Part shown: piece by piece, positions 14,601 to 25,589 of the stretch
How the letters are laid out: each line of letters starts with the position of its first letter
Numbering within the stretch: position 1 is the stretch's first letter
Source of the DNA: Haliotis rufescens
Taxonomy: Eukaryota
Assembly: GCF_023055435.1 (NCBI RefSeq)
Contig: NW_025964223.1
Span: forward strand, 5,022,001 to 5,086,000
Length of the DNA: 64,000 nt
Direction of reading: 5' to 3'
The notes under the pieces: generated by a model
Told to the model about the DNA's origin: nothing
Seen by the model: only the letters and a program-made list of their open reading frames with translations
Database searches by the model: none
Position numbers and translations under genes: made by a program

Positions 14601-14618
14601 TTTTTATTTTAGACTTGA
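5632..14618 (+). CDS. Type I transmembrane Ig-domain mucin-like protein (signal peptide, Ig-like domain, ~1,126-aa Ser/Thr stalk, TM, short tail)
   Basis: Manual model with GT-AG introns. Exons: 5632-5677 (MEHDVNILLVVSTLS); 6710-7087 (Ig-like: TLQC...AYLKIKNFDQSFEGLYNC); 8261-11638 (S/T-rich, 9-aa repeats); 11976-12068 (TM WVLVAVGCVIGIGIVVVGVVIWY then RKT); 12216-12295; terminal exon from 14613 (ACT TGA); AATAAA 14995-15000. The first three introns are phase 1 and join in frame. The cytoplasmic-tail exons are less certain because an alternative donor nearby gives RKTRTRPPINTPLAV*. Confidence 0.8.
7167..7367. repeat. Two-copy ~100-bp tandem duplication in an intron
   Basis: GTACACC.ATCAGTACATCCC...CCGCAAGTGATCCCGT...CGCCCCACCA occurs twice head-to-tail. 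Confidence 0.85.
7804..8087 (+). mobile_element. tRNA-derived SINE with (ACTC)n tail
   Basis: A-box-like GTGGCCCAGTCG, B-box GGTTCGAATCC, 3' end GCGGCGTTAAACCAAACTCAC(ACTC)n; 12-bp target-site duplication (TSD) CTATCTGCCCCA at 7792-7803 and 8088-8099. Confidence 0.9.
8839..10641 (+). repeat. Coding minisatellite, 27-bp unit (GACATCTCAACATCACAAGTGTTAGGG; DISTSQVLG), about 67 copies
   Basis: First unit starts at 8839 and last unit at 10621, exactly 66 x 27 bp apart, with no frame-breaking indels. Confidence 0.95.
13300..14505 (+). mobile_element. Degenerate non-LTR retrotransposon 3' end with CCHC knuckle and restriction-like endonuclease (R4/Dong/NeSL-like)
   Basis: Fragments EGFLFAAQDQSL, LCNEFNETVQHIVSGCPALAQTHCLMRHD, ANKPD, IELSVPFDTNV...KRGK...IIVLGASGLL, broken by frameshifts and flanked by ATA/TAA-rich repeats. 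It lies in the last intron of the mucin gene. Confidence 0.8.
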
Positions 14619-15002
14619 CTGAAGAATTCATTGATTATTTTGGAATCTTGGATTCTCTGGCCTGAGGTTCAGGCTGAGGCTCCATTGCGTGTCCGTCTTT
14701 TAGGCGGGATGTGATTCTATACCACAGCACAAAGACGCCTCTCTTGCTGCAAAATATGCCTTTGGAAGAACAGTTAAGCCTGTGGAATGAGATATACTGG
14801 ATAGTAGCATGGTGTGTTGCAGCCATTTTCATTTTAATAGAATGGGGTGGTCCTGACGTCACGAACACATGCTATTTGGGATTATGTGTTGGCATTTCAC
14901 TCTGGTTTCGTCACGTCAGTACAGCAGTGGAGAGTGTAGTGGCCCCTGTCATTCTGTTGCTGTATTGCGGGGTATAAATGTGCCGATAAGTGCCAATAAA
15001 GT

Positions 15003-15781
15003 TACACCTGTATAGTTAACGTGGTACACCTGAACAGATAACAGAAAACACCTGAATGGTGATGTATCTGTAAAGTTAACCGGAAACCCCCATTTATCGT
15101 TAACCAGAAACACCTGTACAGTTAACCTGATACACCTGTAAAGTTAACCGGATACATCTTTATAGTTAACCGGAAACACCTGTATATTTAACCTGATACA
15201 CCTCTATAGTTAACATAATACACCTGTATAGTAAACATGGTAGACCTGTATAGTTAACCGGATACGCCTGTATAGTTAAACGGATACATCTATATAGTTA
15301 ACATGGTAGACCTGTATAGTTAACCGGATACGCCTGTATAGTTAACCGGATACGCCTGTAAAGTTAACCGGTTACACCTGTATAGTTAATGGGATACAAC
15401 CTTAGTTTTAACCGGATACACCTGTATAGTTAACCGGATCCATCTGTATTGTTAACCGGAAACACCTGTGTAGTTAATCCGATACACCTGTATAGTTAAC
15501 GAATACACCTGTATAGTAAACCGTATACACCTCTTTAGTAAACCGGATACATCTGTATAGTAATCCGGATACACCTGTATAGTAAGCATAATAGACCTGT
15601 ATAGTTGACCGGATACACCTGTATAGTTAACATGATACACCTGTATAGTTAACATGATACACCTGTATAGTTAACATGATACACTTGTATAATTGACCGA
15701 ATACACCTGTATAGTTAACATGATACACCTGTATAGTCAACATGATACACTTGTATAGTTGACTGGATATACCTGTATAGT
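15003..15781. repeat. 22-bp tandem minisatellite (ACACCTGTATAGTTAACCGGAT), about 35 copies
   Basis: Seen directly, starting immediately after the putative poly(A) signal of the mucin gene. Confidence 0.9.
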
Positions 15782-15980
15782 ACCAGACCAACATCAGTGT
15801 GTGCTGTATATGGTCTGACTGAGTCAAATTGAAGCTGTGTTGATTCAAGAAAAATCAACATTCCATTTCTCTTCTATTTAAATCGAACAAATAAAGCATC
15901 TGACAATGCAATAAACACGTAGTTTGTTTGTTGTTTAGCGCTATTCCGACTATACGATGGCGTTCTGTAAATAATCTAGA

Positions 15981-16146
15981 GTGAGTGAGTGAGTTTGGTT
16001 TTACGCCGCTTTTAGCAATATTCCAGCAACATCACGGCGGGGGATACCAGAAATGGGCTTCACGCATTGTACCCATGTCGGTATTCGAACCCGGGTCTTC
16101 GGCGTGACGAGCGAACGCTTTAACCACAAGGCTACCCGAACGCCCC
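15981..16146 (-). mobile_element. tRNA-derived SINE, full length
   Basis: Reverse strand reads GGGGCGTTCGGGTAGCCTTGTGGTTAAAGCG...GGGTTCGAATACC...GCGGCGTAAAACCAAACTCACTCAC; 13-bp TSD TAAATAATCTAGA at 15968-15980 and 16147-16159. Confidence 0.9.
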
Positions 16147-19100
16147 TAAATAATCTAGAAAAGACAATACAGTGATTGACATCACACAACTGGGTTATGA
16201 CATGCAATCAACCAAGTCAGCTACCCTGGTCATCCTGAACATTTAATACCAGGTTACCCGGAATCCCCAAGGGTATAAAATGTATTATTTATTATAAAAG
16301 TTCTTTTTTATAAGGCGCATTCATTCTTGTCAGTTTGATGTTGGAGGAAAACCCGAAGTATTGTACAAGTACGTTTGACATTTACCACTTTGGTGAAAAC
16401 CCGAGAGCATTGTTTTTGTGATGACAGACCATAGAAACATATTCGGGTCGAACCCGGGATTCGAACCCATTATCATAGACTTCTGGCAGGCCTATGTCTT
16501 TATAACAAAGTAGGCGGCGGGGTGATTTGAACAAATAGTTGATATGATATCGCTTGAGAAGAATTCACAAATTCGCTTTCAGGGCAATTACATCTGTGCT
16601 CCAACCCGCAAACAGGTTATTGGGTGCTTTCAACCCTCCCTAGACGAATGTCCATTGTATTATGCGTACAGAGAAATCCCATCAATCAGGAGGCTACCAT
16701 GTTCAGTAAAATCATTAACATAGAAACATTTCCGGATCAACCATTGACTGTTACAGAGTAATATCCTTAATAAAACATTCAAAAAGCTTTGTGGTAGACA
16801 TGGGGACGACATTTCCAAATTAGACGCATCAGTGACCAAAATGATATCCAAGGCAATTCCCTATTTGAACTTGTAACATATGTGTTGCCGTGTGTTTTTT
16901 AGGTATATAGGTAAACAGTTGACTTGCCCTTGCAAGTATTTGTGACGCTGCCACTTTTTCGAGAATTTGATAGTGATTCATAAACACATGCTCAAGTTAT
17001 AATCTGCCAAAATATCACACAAATCTACAACGTTTGTCTGAGAACCATTTGTGGTGCAGTTTGACATGTAAGGCACAATAGGGACAGCAATCAGGTTATG
17101 TTTACACTATATAATGTTTTATTATTTTACCGGGTAAGTGCGTCCCAAACCCGCTATTGTGTAGTCGTTTTTGTGACTTTTTGGTGAACCTTTATGGACA
17201 GACCTAGATATGAAGCAGATGAGGCGGTCTCACTGGTCTCCTTTATTTGTAGCGCAGGTGATAGAACAGTGGAAGTGAATTCTCGGTCAGAATATTATTA
17301 AAAGGTTTCTGATAACCGATATGCGTTTTGATTATGCCAGTTTGAGCTGAAATGTCCTTTCATGTGCATGATGACACAGATCAGTAAGGCGGAGAGCAAA
17401 GTTAGGCCCAATGGGGATGCCTACCTCTTGCCGACATGTCCTAGATGTTCTCTATGAGGAATTCAATATAATGTTTACTCAGGAAACATTATTGAACCTG
17501 GTTCTTTCTGAGATTGCAAAAAATCAAGCAAATCCCGATGGTAAAAATTTCACTTTTTTCATATACCTTCTGTGAATATGAAGAAATATAAAACATCACC
17601 AGAGAATAATCAGTCACGGTTATTAACCTCGAATAATGAAATTCCATTGGGCATAAGAGCTAAAACAACTGTGAAAAATAAATACATTGACCACTGAAAG
17701 TCAGCGATGACATCAGGTGCTCGCGAAAAGGACAATCTAGTTCTGCCCTGTAGGTAGCACCACTCATTCAATTTGGCTGACACCGAGCAGCAGCACTCCT
17801 ACCATACGACGGCAGGCTTTACACAATCGATTCTTGACCTGACAATCCAGTGACACCACAGCGCATTTACTGATTGTGCTGAAACTAGAAACGATATGTT
17901 AATTTTGAATTACGTCTGCTGTATACAAGTGCGGTGAAAGGCCTTCCTTTATTTGATAAAGAAATATGGTTCATCTTTGAGAGTTGTGCATTTGCTGGAC
18001 CGAGTAATATATATCTCACTTTGTAGGAAATGTTAAAGAACTTTGACAGTACAACAAAGCAACGGACACGTCCCAAGGAACCTCCCTATTTCTATCAAAG
18101 TAATGGATCTTTACACGCCAGATTAAGATTAGTTTTGTTCAGATCAGAACGATGATGGACGATCAAACGAACATTCACCCGGATCTGCCTTTTCTATTTG
18201 GACACCAATTTAAAGATACTAATATTATATTCAAAGTACATAAAGTACATTATTTCAAATTTTCTAATAATTACTTTGATCAGGCGTTTTTTCATTGATG
18301 ATGCCCTTATAAATTACAAATTAATCATTTCTTGCGACTTTCTTAGTTCACTTTTAACATTTATATGGAACTCTAAGAGATTTGTGATTAAACAAGACGA
18401 TCATAGATATAATTACCGTGGCTAGATTTGGAAATTAAAACACAACTCGAAGGTTACACATCAGCATTGTTTGTTAAACACGTTTGTGTGTTAAAACGTC
18501 TCTTTATATATTGGGAGAGGTGCAAATATGTTTTATTAGATCTAATCTTTCCTGAATATAAATTTGTCTAAATCACGGATGTGAAAGTAGTCAAACTATA
18601 TGTATTCATTATATCACCAGGGCATGTCCTGAGTAGAACAAATACGAAATGTGAAATGTCATATCATTATTCACACCGAATTTCACACGCACCATTGTTG
18701 TGTCCTGTGAAAAACCATTCATCACCACTTGGTGCCTGTCAAATCAGAGAATACACATCCGTGACCTTCAGCTATACTTACACTACCCTGGTGTCTATGA
18801 TAGCTTGCAGCTATCATCTGTCGACCACACTTGGCATAGTCCACAATGGAGATGGATTTGTGTAGCAGGTAACTTCCAAGATATAATTGATAAAATAAAT
18901 TGAAACGATTAACAAATGATTAATTATTACAAAAGCTTACTGATAGATTTAATGCACATGTTATTGTTAATCAACAGTTGGTGCCTGTCAAGTCACAGAA
19001 CAGGCATCCGTGACCTTCGGCTATACTTACACTACCCTGGTGTCTACGATAGCTTGAAGGTATCTTCTGTCAACGAAATGAATCATCGCACCCAATGTGG

Positions 19101-19479
19101 AAGGATTTGTAACTCTGATAATGTCCATCAATATAATTGATAGAAAAAAATTGAATCAATTAACATCTGCTCAATAATCACAAATAGTCGTTGAATATTT
19201 ATTGAAATGGACACGGCGTTATGCAACAAACAGTTACTTTTATGCACATTGTCTTAGTAGCTGTCCCACCGGTAGAGCAGGATGTGCTCATCCTCTTGTG
19301 AACTCCTGGTGTCATTTCTGATCCATTCAGCGATCCATTCATGTAATAGTCGTTACTAGTTTGTTTATACTAATTGAATCTGTTTTGACTGATACCCAAG
19401 GCTTGTTATTCTCTGCCGTTGACTTTTTATATCTGTGAGTTTAAGAACCTGCACTTTCTACGAAAAGCGCCATACGGCT

Positions 19480-19710
19480 CTTGGTTAATATTATATCTAT
19501 ACATAAAGATGCGAACTGTATCACATGAGGGGTGACTTTAACTTTACAATAGTCAACTATGTAATTTTAATGTGAAATTAAGCCCCATTTCACCTCACGT
19601 CACACTTATGTCGAGTAATATTCCAGCTGCTCCAGCCTTTGGTGTCTACATTTCACAGCTTTTGAGGTACAAAGGCCGTGATTTGACCTCACATGTGTTT
19701 GTGACGGATG
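19480..19710 (+). mobile_element. Penelope-like retroelement remnant (RT C-terminal region)
   Basis: DFNFTIVNY and SSNIPAAPAFGVYISQLLRY motifs; related degenerate pieces at ~16600-16950, 30790-31160, 50030-50400 and, on the - strand, ~35030-35210. Confidence 0.6.
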
Positions 19711-19906
19711 GAAACGGTTTTACGAGATTTACGATTCTGTCAAATAAATTCGGAATATATCTCAATGACACATGTACAACAAACTATCAGTTCCACTTGT
19801 GAATGTTTCAAAAATAACTAATTGAGTTGTCAAGTGGCTGGCGAGATAATGTCAGAAAGATCATTGCATCCGGATTTGGTGCGTGTAACCATCGACACAT
19901 CCATGC

Positions 19907-19970
19907 TATATATACCCGACATGTACCAGTCCATCCACAACATTGTCCACTGATATCCAGAACTGCAAAG
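19907..19970 (+). promoter_or_regulatory. TATA box and non-coding exon 1 of peptide gene A1
   Basis: GCTATATATACCC (TATA at 19907), then a short exon ending GCAAAG|GTAGGT at 19970/19971. The same TATA motif and a near-identical donor lie upstream of A2, A3 and B2. Confidence 0.75.
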
Positions 19971-20189
19971 GTAGGTGTCTTTTTTATGAACGTGTATAAT
20001 ATCTATCCTAATAGTCCTCTGCTGTTTCGGTGTGATGCGAAAATTAATATTTGTATGTCCAATCAGGTAGTCGTGTTAAACCAATAAATATTGTATTTTC
20101 TGTTATGGTTATAATGTTGCTGTATTTAACAGCGGCGGTATAAATTAAATTACTGACAAACTGCGATCATAGTGATCCTCTATTTAGTG

Positions 20190-20546
20190 AGGTGAGGTGA
20201 GGTGAAATTGGGTTTAACGTCGCGTCCAAGATTATTGCACTTATATAGCGACGTGCATGCACGTGTATGTGTGTGTTTTGCTGCTTGTACTAGTCCGGAC
20301 TGATGCCGATTTATAGTGCTAGCTCACTGAGATACCATGCCGCAGTTTAACATGAATACCCCACTCAGACACAGTATACTGACTCCGAGCCGACCAGTCC
20401 TTGTTTTATCCCCTTAATGACGAGCGCCAGACAGGGTAACAACAAGTACAATCTTTTAACGTCTTTTTGTATGACGCGGCCCGGGCCGAACCCTGGACCT
20501 TCCGCTCTCCGGGCGGACGCTCTACCACAAGACCACGGAGGCGGTC
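20190..20546 (-). mobile_element. tRNA-derived SINE in intron 1 of A1, (CACCT)n tail
   Basis: Reverse strand begins GACCGCCTCCGTGGTCTTGTGGTAGAGCG...GGTTCGGCCC; 14-bp TSD TCCTCTATTTAGTG at 20176-20189 and 20547-20560; the empty site is visible in the paralogous segment near 31950-31970. Confidence 0.9.
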
Positions 20547-20785
20547 TCCTCTATTTAGTGGCCATTTACAATTTAGATCCAAATGCTGTAATGTATCTGT
20601 GCATATTACATATTGTGTTTAACTTGACAGGATAATCTGATTTTGAAGGATTGGTCCTAATCATAAAAAAAAGTTATTTTAAAAGCGAGTATTAGTCGTT
20701 CTCATGACGTGTTGTTAAATTGCTGGGACAAAGTGCTCACAACAACTTTTAAATGGATCACTCAAACTATCTTATATGTACCTAG

Positions 20786-23124
20786 ATGAAGATTGCCCTC
20801 GTCCTCCTGTTCCTGACTGCCATGGTGGCCCTGCCCGGAACCGATTCCTGGGGTATTCGTTTGCCACGTTTCAGGAGTATTGTACGTGCGGTTGGAGGTG
20901 CCGTCAGGCGCGTCGCTTCGACAGTAGTCAATGCCGGGAAGAAAGTTGTCTCAACTGTCAAAAAGGTTGGAGAAGCAATTAAATCTGGTGAGCGCATTTC
21001 TCTTGACAACAAGTGGTACTTTTGTGAAGGTTCTTAAGAGCAGGACATTTGTTATGAACGTAAATATGTTTGTCTGGCTAGTGATAGAATAAGGAGTATC
21101 CCCATTTTCTAATGTATTCCATAAGTATATTTTAATGTGAAGTTTACAAGATATACGGCATTTCCTTTGGATGTGAGGCCGGTCACATGGCCGCGTAACT
21201 GATGTTCATAAGTCTATGAACGAGACAATTGGACGTCCATACGTGTTTAACGAGATTGTATCTTGAATGACGTAAACACTGACGGAAACTCATTGGGAAT
21301 CTAAAGCGCAAATAAACACAGAAGCATTGTTTCTGATCATTTTGACCTTTCAATCTTGAAATCTGCATTTCGGCATACATTGGGCAGAGAGTTTGACTGC
21401 ATAATCGTTCACAAATACCCTCGCAGCGACCAATCAAAGTAAAACTAAACGAAAAAATGCACTTCTCAACCGTCACAGTATCGCCTCGATCCGTGTCAAG
21501 ACAGGCAGATACAGTCAGGTGCAATCTATGACTTTCCCTTAGTATCCATTTACAATCAACTTTCAAAGATCGGACCAATTGATCAATGATGACTAACACT
21601 TGTAATTGCCACAGGTTCATCAACAAATGCGGACATCTTTTCCGTCACGTTTATCGTGTCGTCCACGTACTGAATGTATATGTATTACAACGCGCTGTCA
21701 TTGTGACTTACGTACAAACCTATCTCATCTAATGATGACTCAAAGATATTTGAAGATGTTTGTTGTAAACAACCACAAACGATGTCACTGTAGAACAATG
21801 TAAGGATACATGAGCTCGTGCCACGTCTCCTGTCGAAGAACTGCTTCATTCCGTAAAACTTGTAGTTGTATGGATGTCAGTGTAAACATGAAGTCACACG
21901 TACTACATAAAAATCGTATATAGCTCGACATCCTTCGTCTTGAAAAATAGTGATATAAAAAATCATAACTGCCTTTCACTTTGAGTGAGTTCATTGGAGT
22001 ATAAACATTCATAGAGTGAGGATCAAACATTGTATGAACGTCTTCACAAGCTCCATTCCGTGCAAGCAGTTCATTATAAACTCACGTTGTTTTACCAAAA
22101 GAGATGTCTAGCGGCATCCAGGTGATAATAATATATAATCTATATATTTTCCGATAAGTGACAATGTATGGTTAGATTGAAACGGATGAATATCCACAAA
22201 AATGTCGAGCGCGTCCAGGTGAATGAGTCTTGTGTGGGTAGCTATCTATCTACATGAATACCTTGGATGATAAGAGCAATTATTTGAGAACTAAATATTA
22301 TCAATTAGAAGAGCTTTCAACACCGTCGTTAGAAACGTACATAATTTGGGATAGGTCGCAACTTATGCTTCGAAAGATAGGATAAGTAAGAACTTCCAAA
22401 GTGTGTTGCATGGTCTAGCTACCTGACATCTCATCCCAACTGTAGACCACACTTGTCGGGAGGTTATAAAATAGACTTGTACTTATTTCCATCACCAGGT
22501 AAACGAGACGTGAGCGAGTTTGATGTGGACGGCGACGGTCAAGTCAGTGACGACGAGATCATGATGGTGCTGGCAACCAGAGACGTGGATGACCTTGTCC
22601 AGGATGGTTACATCACAGGTAAGGGAGATAACCACTCTAGTGTAGAAGAGACTTCAAGTACCACTTTGAGTAGAAATATATAGAAATGTCATCATCAACG
22701 TCATCAACGTCGACATACTTAATTTCCACAATGGGCCCATCTATTCCTGGCATACATAGCAATAAGACCTTCTTGTGTTTCAAGAAGCAGACAAGGAAGA
22801 CATCAGCCTCTACCAGCGCCAAGTCCGGGAAGCTGAAGACCTCGATCTGGGTGAGACGTTAAACCCCAACATTAAAGTTGCAGAATACATATGCACATGC
22901 AAAGTGCATATGACTCAACTCACACACACCTCACCTCACATCTCCTTTTAATCTACACTATTTGTACATTCCTGATGATAGGCCATACCAATGATTTAGC
23001 AACTGATAATTTGGGTCAGGCGCTGAGGTGGAATTGAAATCCTCAATAGCTGTTGTGTAGTCACCCTAAATTCTCAATTAAATTGTAAACTCTTCTACAC
23101 ACCAACACACACCGATACACAATT

Positions 23125-23160
<36 letters not shown>

Positions 23161-23291
23161 GCACGCACGCACGCACGCAAGCACGTATGCACGCACGCAC
23201 GCATGCGCGCGCACACTGTGTAATAGACGATTTGTGTACATTCTCATATGATCGTTCTTTAATTTTATATTTATTTTCGCTTTCAGAATAA
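20786..23291 (+). CDS. Peptide gene A1: secreted cationic amphipathic peptide precursor with GKR site and acidic EF-hand propeptide (130 aa)
   Basis: Coding exons 20786-20987, 22499-22618, 22785-22850, 23287-23291 (GT-AG, all phase 1); AATAAA 23363-23368. Protein: MKIALVLLFLTAMVALPGTDS / WGIRLPRFRSIVRAVGGAVRRVASTVVNAGKKVVSTVKKVGEAIKS / GKR / DVSEFDVDGDGQVSDDEIMMVLATRDVDDLVQDGYITEADKEDISLYQRQVREAEDLDLE*. Confidence 0.88.
21140..22041. mobile_element. Non-coding interspersed repeat in intron 2 of A1, homologous to 2930-3856
   Basis: Long collinear similarity; it accounts for much of the 1.5-kb intron 2 of A1 versus 195 bp in A2 and A3. Confidence 0.7.
23128..23214. repeat. (CA)n/(CACG)n microsatellite in the last intron of A1
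   Basis: Seen directly. Confidence 0.9.
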
Positions 23292-23862
23292 CCGTGCTGA
23301 CAAGCGGAACTCAAGATGCCCAACTCATCTGTTATCCATGTAACAAGTAGAGTATGGACATAAATAAAGTCGTAAATAACAAATGTGTGTTTGTAATACT
23401 GGAAGTACTTCAAATGTAGTTAGGACCGCTGGTGTAGCACAGTGGCATAAGAGTTCATTCCTCGCGAATGGTCCGGTTTCGATTCCACACATGGCATGGG
23501 TACAGTGTGTGTAGCCAATGTCTGGTAGAATCCTACAAAAACGGCGTAAAAACATGCAACCTCACTCAAATTTGTTGTTTTGCTAACGAGTTAAAAAAAG
23601 AACCCTGAAGGTGAGTCTGAAGTGATGAACGCTGAAACCTGAAAACTTAAAATTCCCTTCCACTCACACCCTGATGTAACCGAAATACTGTTAAAATCGA
23701 AGTTAAACCAAACTCGCTCACCTCACCATCTTTTATTGAGTTTGTAATAGTGCTTTTCTCAACTTCCTTCCTATGTCTAATAAGTCTCTAAAGGAGTCAG
23801 TCAGCTTCTCTGGCTTCTCATGTTACCTGCACAGTGCCCTGGACAGTAACGCTGAACTGGTA

Positions 23863-24076
23863 NNNNNNNNNNNNNNNNNNNNNNNNNNNNNNNNNNNNNN
23901 NNNNNNNNNNNNNNNNNNNNNNNNNNNNNNNNNNNNNNNNNNNNNNNNNNNNNNNNNNNNNNNNNNNNNNNNNNNNNNNNNNNNNNNNNNNNNNNNNNNN
24001 NNNNNNNNNNNNNNNNNNNNNNNNNNNNNNNNNNNNNNNNNNNNNNNNNNNNNNNNNNNNNNNNNNNNNNNNNNNN
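23863..24076. other. Assembly gap (N run)
   Basis: Run of N. Confidence 1.
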
Positions 24077-25345
24077 ACAGCTGTTGAGGATTTGAATTCC
24101 ACCTCAGCGCCTTGTCGAAGTTATCAGTTGCCAAAATATCAGCATGGCCTATCATTAGTAATGTGCAAATAGTGCAGGTTAAAAGGTGAGTCATGATGGC
24201 ATTCCAAGCAAAATATGTTACTATAAACAAGTGTATGATATATTATATTGACACAGTACCTAGCTGTGAAATATAACCCAGGTCTTGGGAGCGATAACCG
24301 GTCGCCTTAACAGTTAGCCATTGAGTGTAAAGAATTATCGGCCTGTTTCACAAACATTCCAGCAACATCACGACGGGGACACCCTAGAAATGGGCTTCAC
24401 TGAGAAGCTGACGCTTCAACCATAATGCTACCTCACCGTCACTTATAAAAAAAGAAGATACATGAGAGTGAGTAAGCGGTGTCTGAAACCAGCAATACCC
24501 TAGTCACGATAGCTGACACCTAGAATAGGTACCACATAATGTATCAAAGTGAAAATCGAACCCTAATTATTCGGGTTGCCGAGAAAACGCTTTATATACT
24601 ATGTTACCACACCACTCTAAGTGGAAATATCAGCAACGGATGATTCAGACATCTGCCGGATGATTGGGATTGGTTCATTGAATATCTGTAACATGTCGCA
24701 ACAAAGAGCGTTTTACTTCCAGACGTTTTATAAGCGGACGTTCTCTACAGAATACGATATGCATTGACTATAACATATAAACGGACCATTAATAATATCT
24801 AATGTGCAATTTCCCAGTACGATATATGTCCGTGTCGTGGTTCATCGTTTTCATTGTTTTTATAGAGATAAGAAGTACACGAACAACTATGCGCTACACA
24901 AAGCAAAAGCTGCATAATTAAGTCAATCAGTATTTATTCAAGCGTCCGTAGACCTGTAGTACATATGACAGTGGGGTTGCACACAATTTAGCTATTATTT
25001 ACAAATTTGGTTCTATATAACAGTGCTTGGAATATATACACAGCCAAGTTTTGCATTGTTAATGTATTTAGCCTGTTTAACAGTTGCCGGAATTCCGCAA
25101 TATTCGGATCATTAAAGTAGTATACAGGAATATAGTTTTTCTCTCAGTGTAGTAAATGGACATACAGGTAAACAGTGGTATTAATTCTCTATGTCTTGGG
25201 TATTACACATTTAACATACTCGTTCTGACCTTGGGTTTTTTGTACATGGCCCACTCTCGATGCATAACTTATGAGATGAACATCGAAATCTTATCAATGA
25301 ATTACGATATTTCTTTATATTTACATAAAACAGATACTGTTCAGT

Positions 25346-25578
25346 GAAGATCCGGGATAAAATAGAATAGGTCTTCAACAACCCATGCTTGTCGTAAAAG
25401 GCGACTATTCTTGTCAGGCTCGCTGACTTGATTGATGCACGTCATCGATCCCAATTGCGTGGATCGATGCTCATGATGTCAATCACTGGATTGTCTGGTC
25501 CAGACTCGACTATTTACAGACCGCCGTCATATAGCTGGAATAGTGCTGAGTGCGGCGTTAATCAACAAACAAACAAAC
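25346..25578 (+). mobile_element. SINE-like repeat with (CAAA)n tail
   Basis: CCCATGCTTGTCGTAA.AGGCGACTA core and ...GCTGGAATA.TGCTGAGTGCGGCGTTAATCAACAAACAAAC end; copies at 45048-45314 and 62768-63024, plus fragments elsewhere (7370-7450, 44210-44250, 61820-61900). Confidence 0.75.
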
Positions 25579-25589
25579 TGTTCAGTGTG

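Noticed and set aside
15003-15781. Regularly spaced short repeats resembling a CRISPR array
   Set aside because: Units are head-to-tail with no unique spacers, there are no cas genes, and the context is eukaryotic; it is a minisatellite.
18700-19160. Duplicated short ORFs (..IRDLQLYLHYPGVYDSL..), repeated at ~27.4 kb and ~47.7 kb
   Set aside because: No consistent start or splice signals, and diverged relatives at ~35.5 kb and ~40.3 kb; most likely decayed repeat sequence carried along by the duplications.
20786-21037. Single-exon 83/88-aa peptide ORFs as given in the ORF track (also 32190-32456, 51145-51411, and N-extended 41912 and 59541)
   Set aside because: They run through conserved GT donors or start upstream of AG acceptors. 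The spliced models with conserved 120/66/5-nt exons explain all five copies better.
22513-22560. Calling the peptide genes calmodulin-like or mytimycin/myticalin orthologues
   Set aside because: There is only one canonical EF loop, inside a secreted propeptide. The mature peptides have no Cys (unlike mytimycin) and are not Pro-rich. The similarity is architectural only, so no gene symbol was assigned.
23773-24230. ORFs spanning N runs (also 57035-57412)
   Set aside because: They are artefacts of translating assembly gaps.
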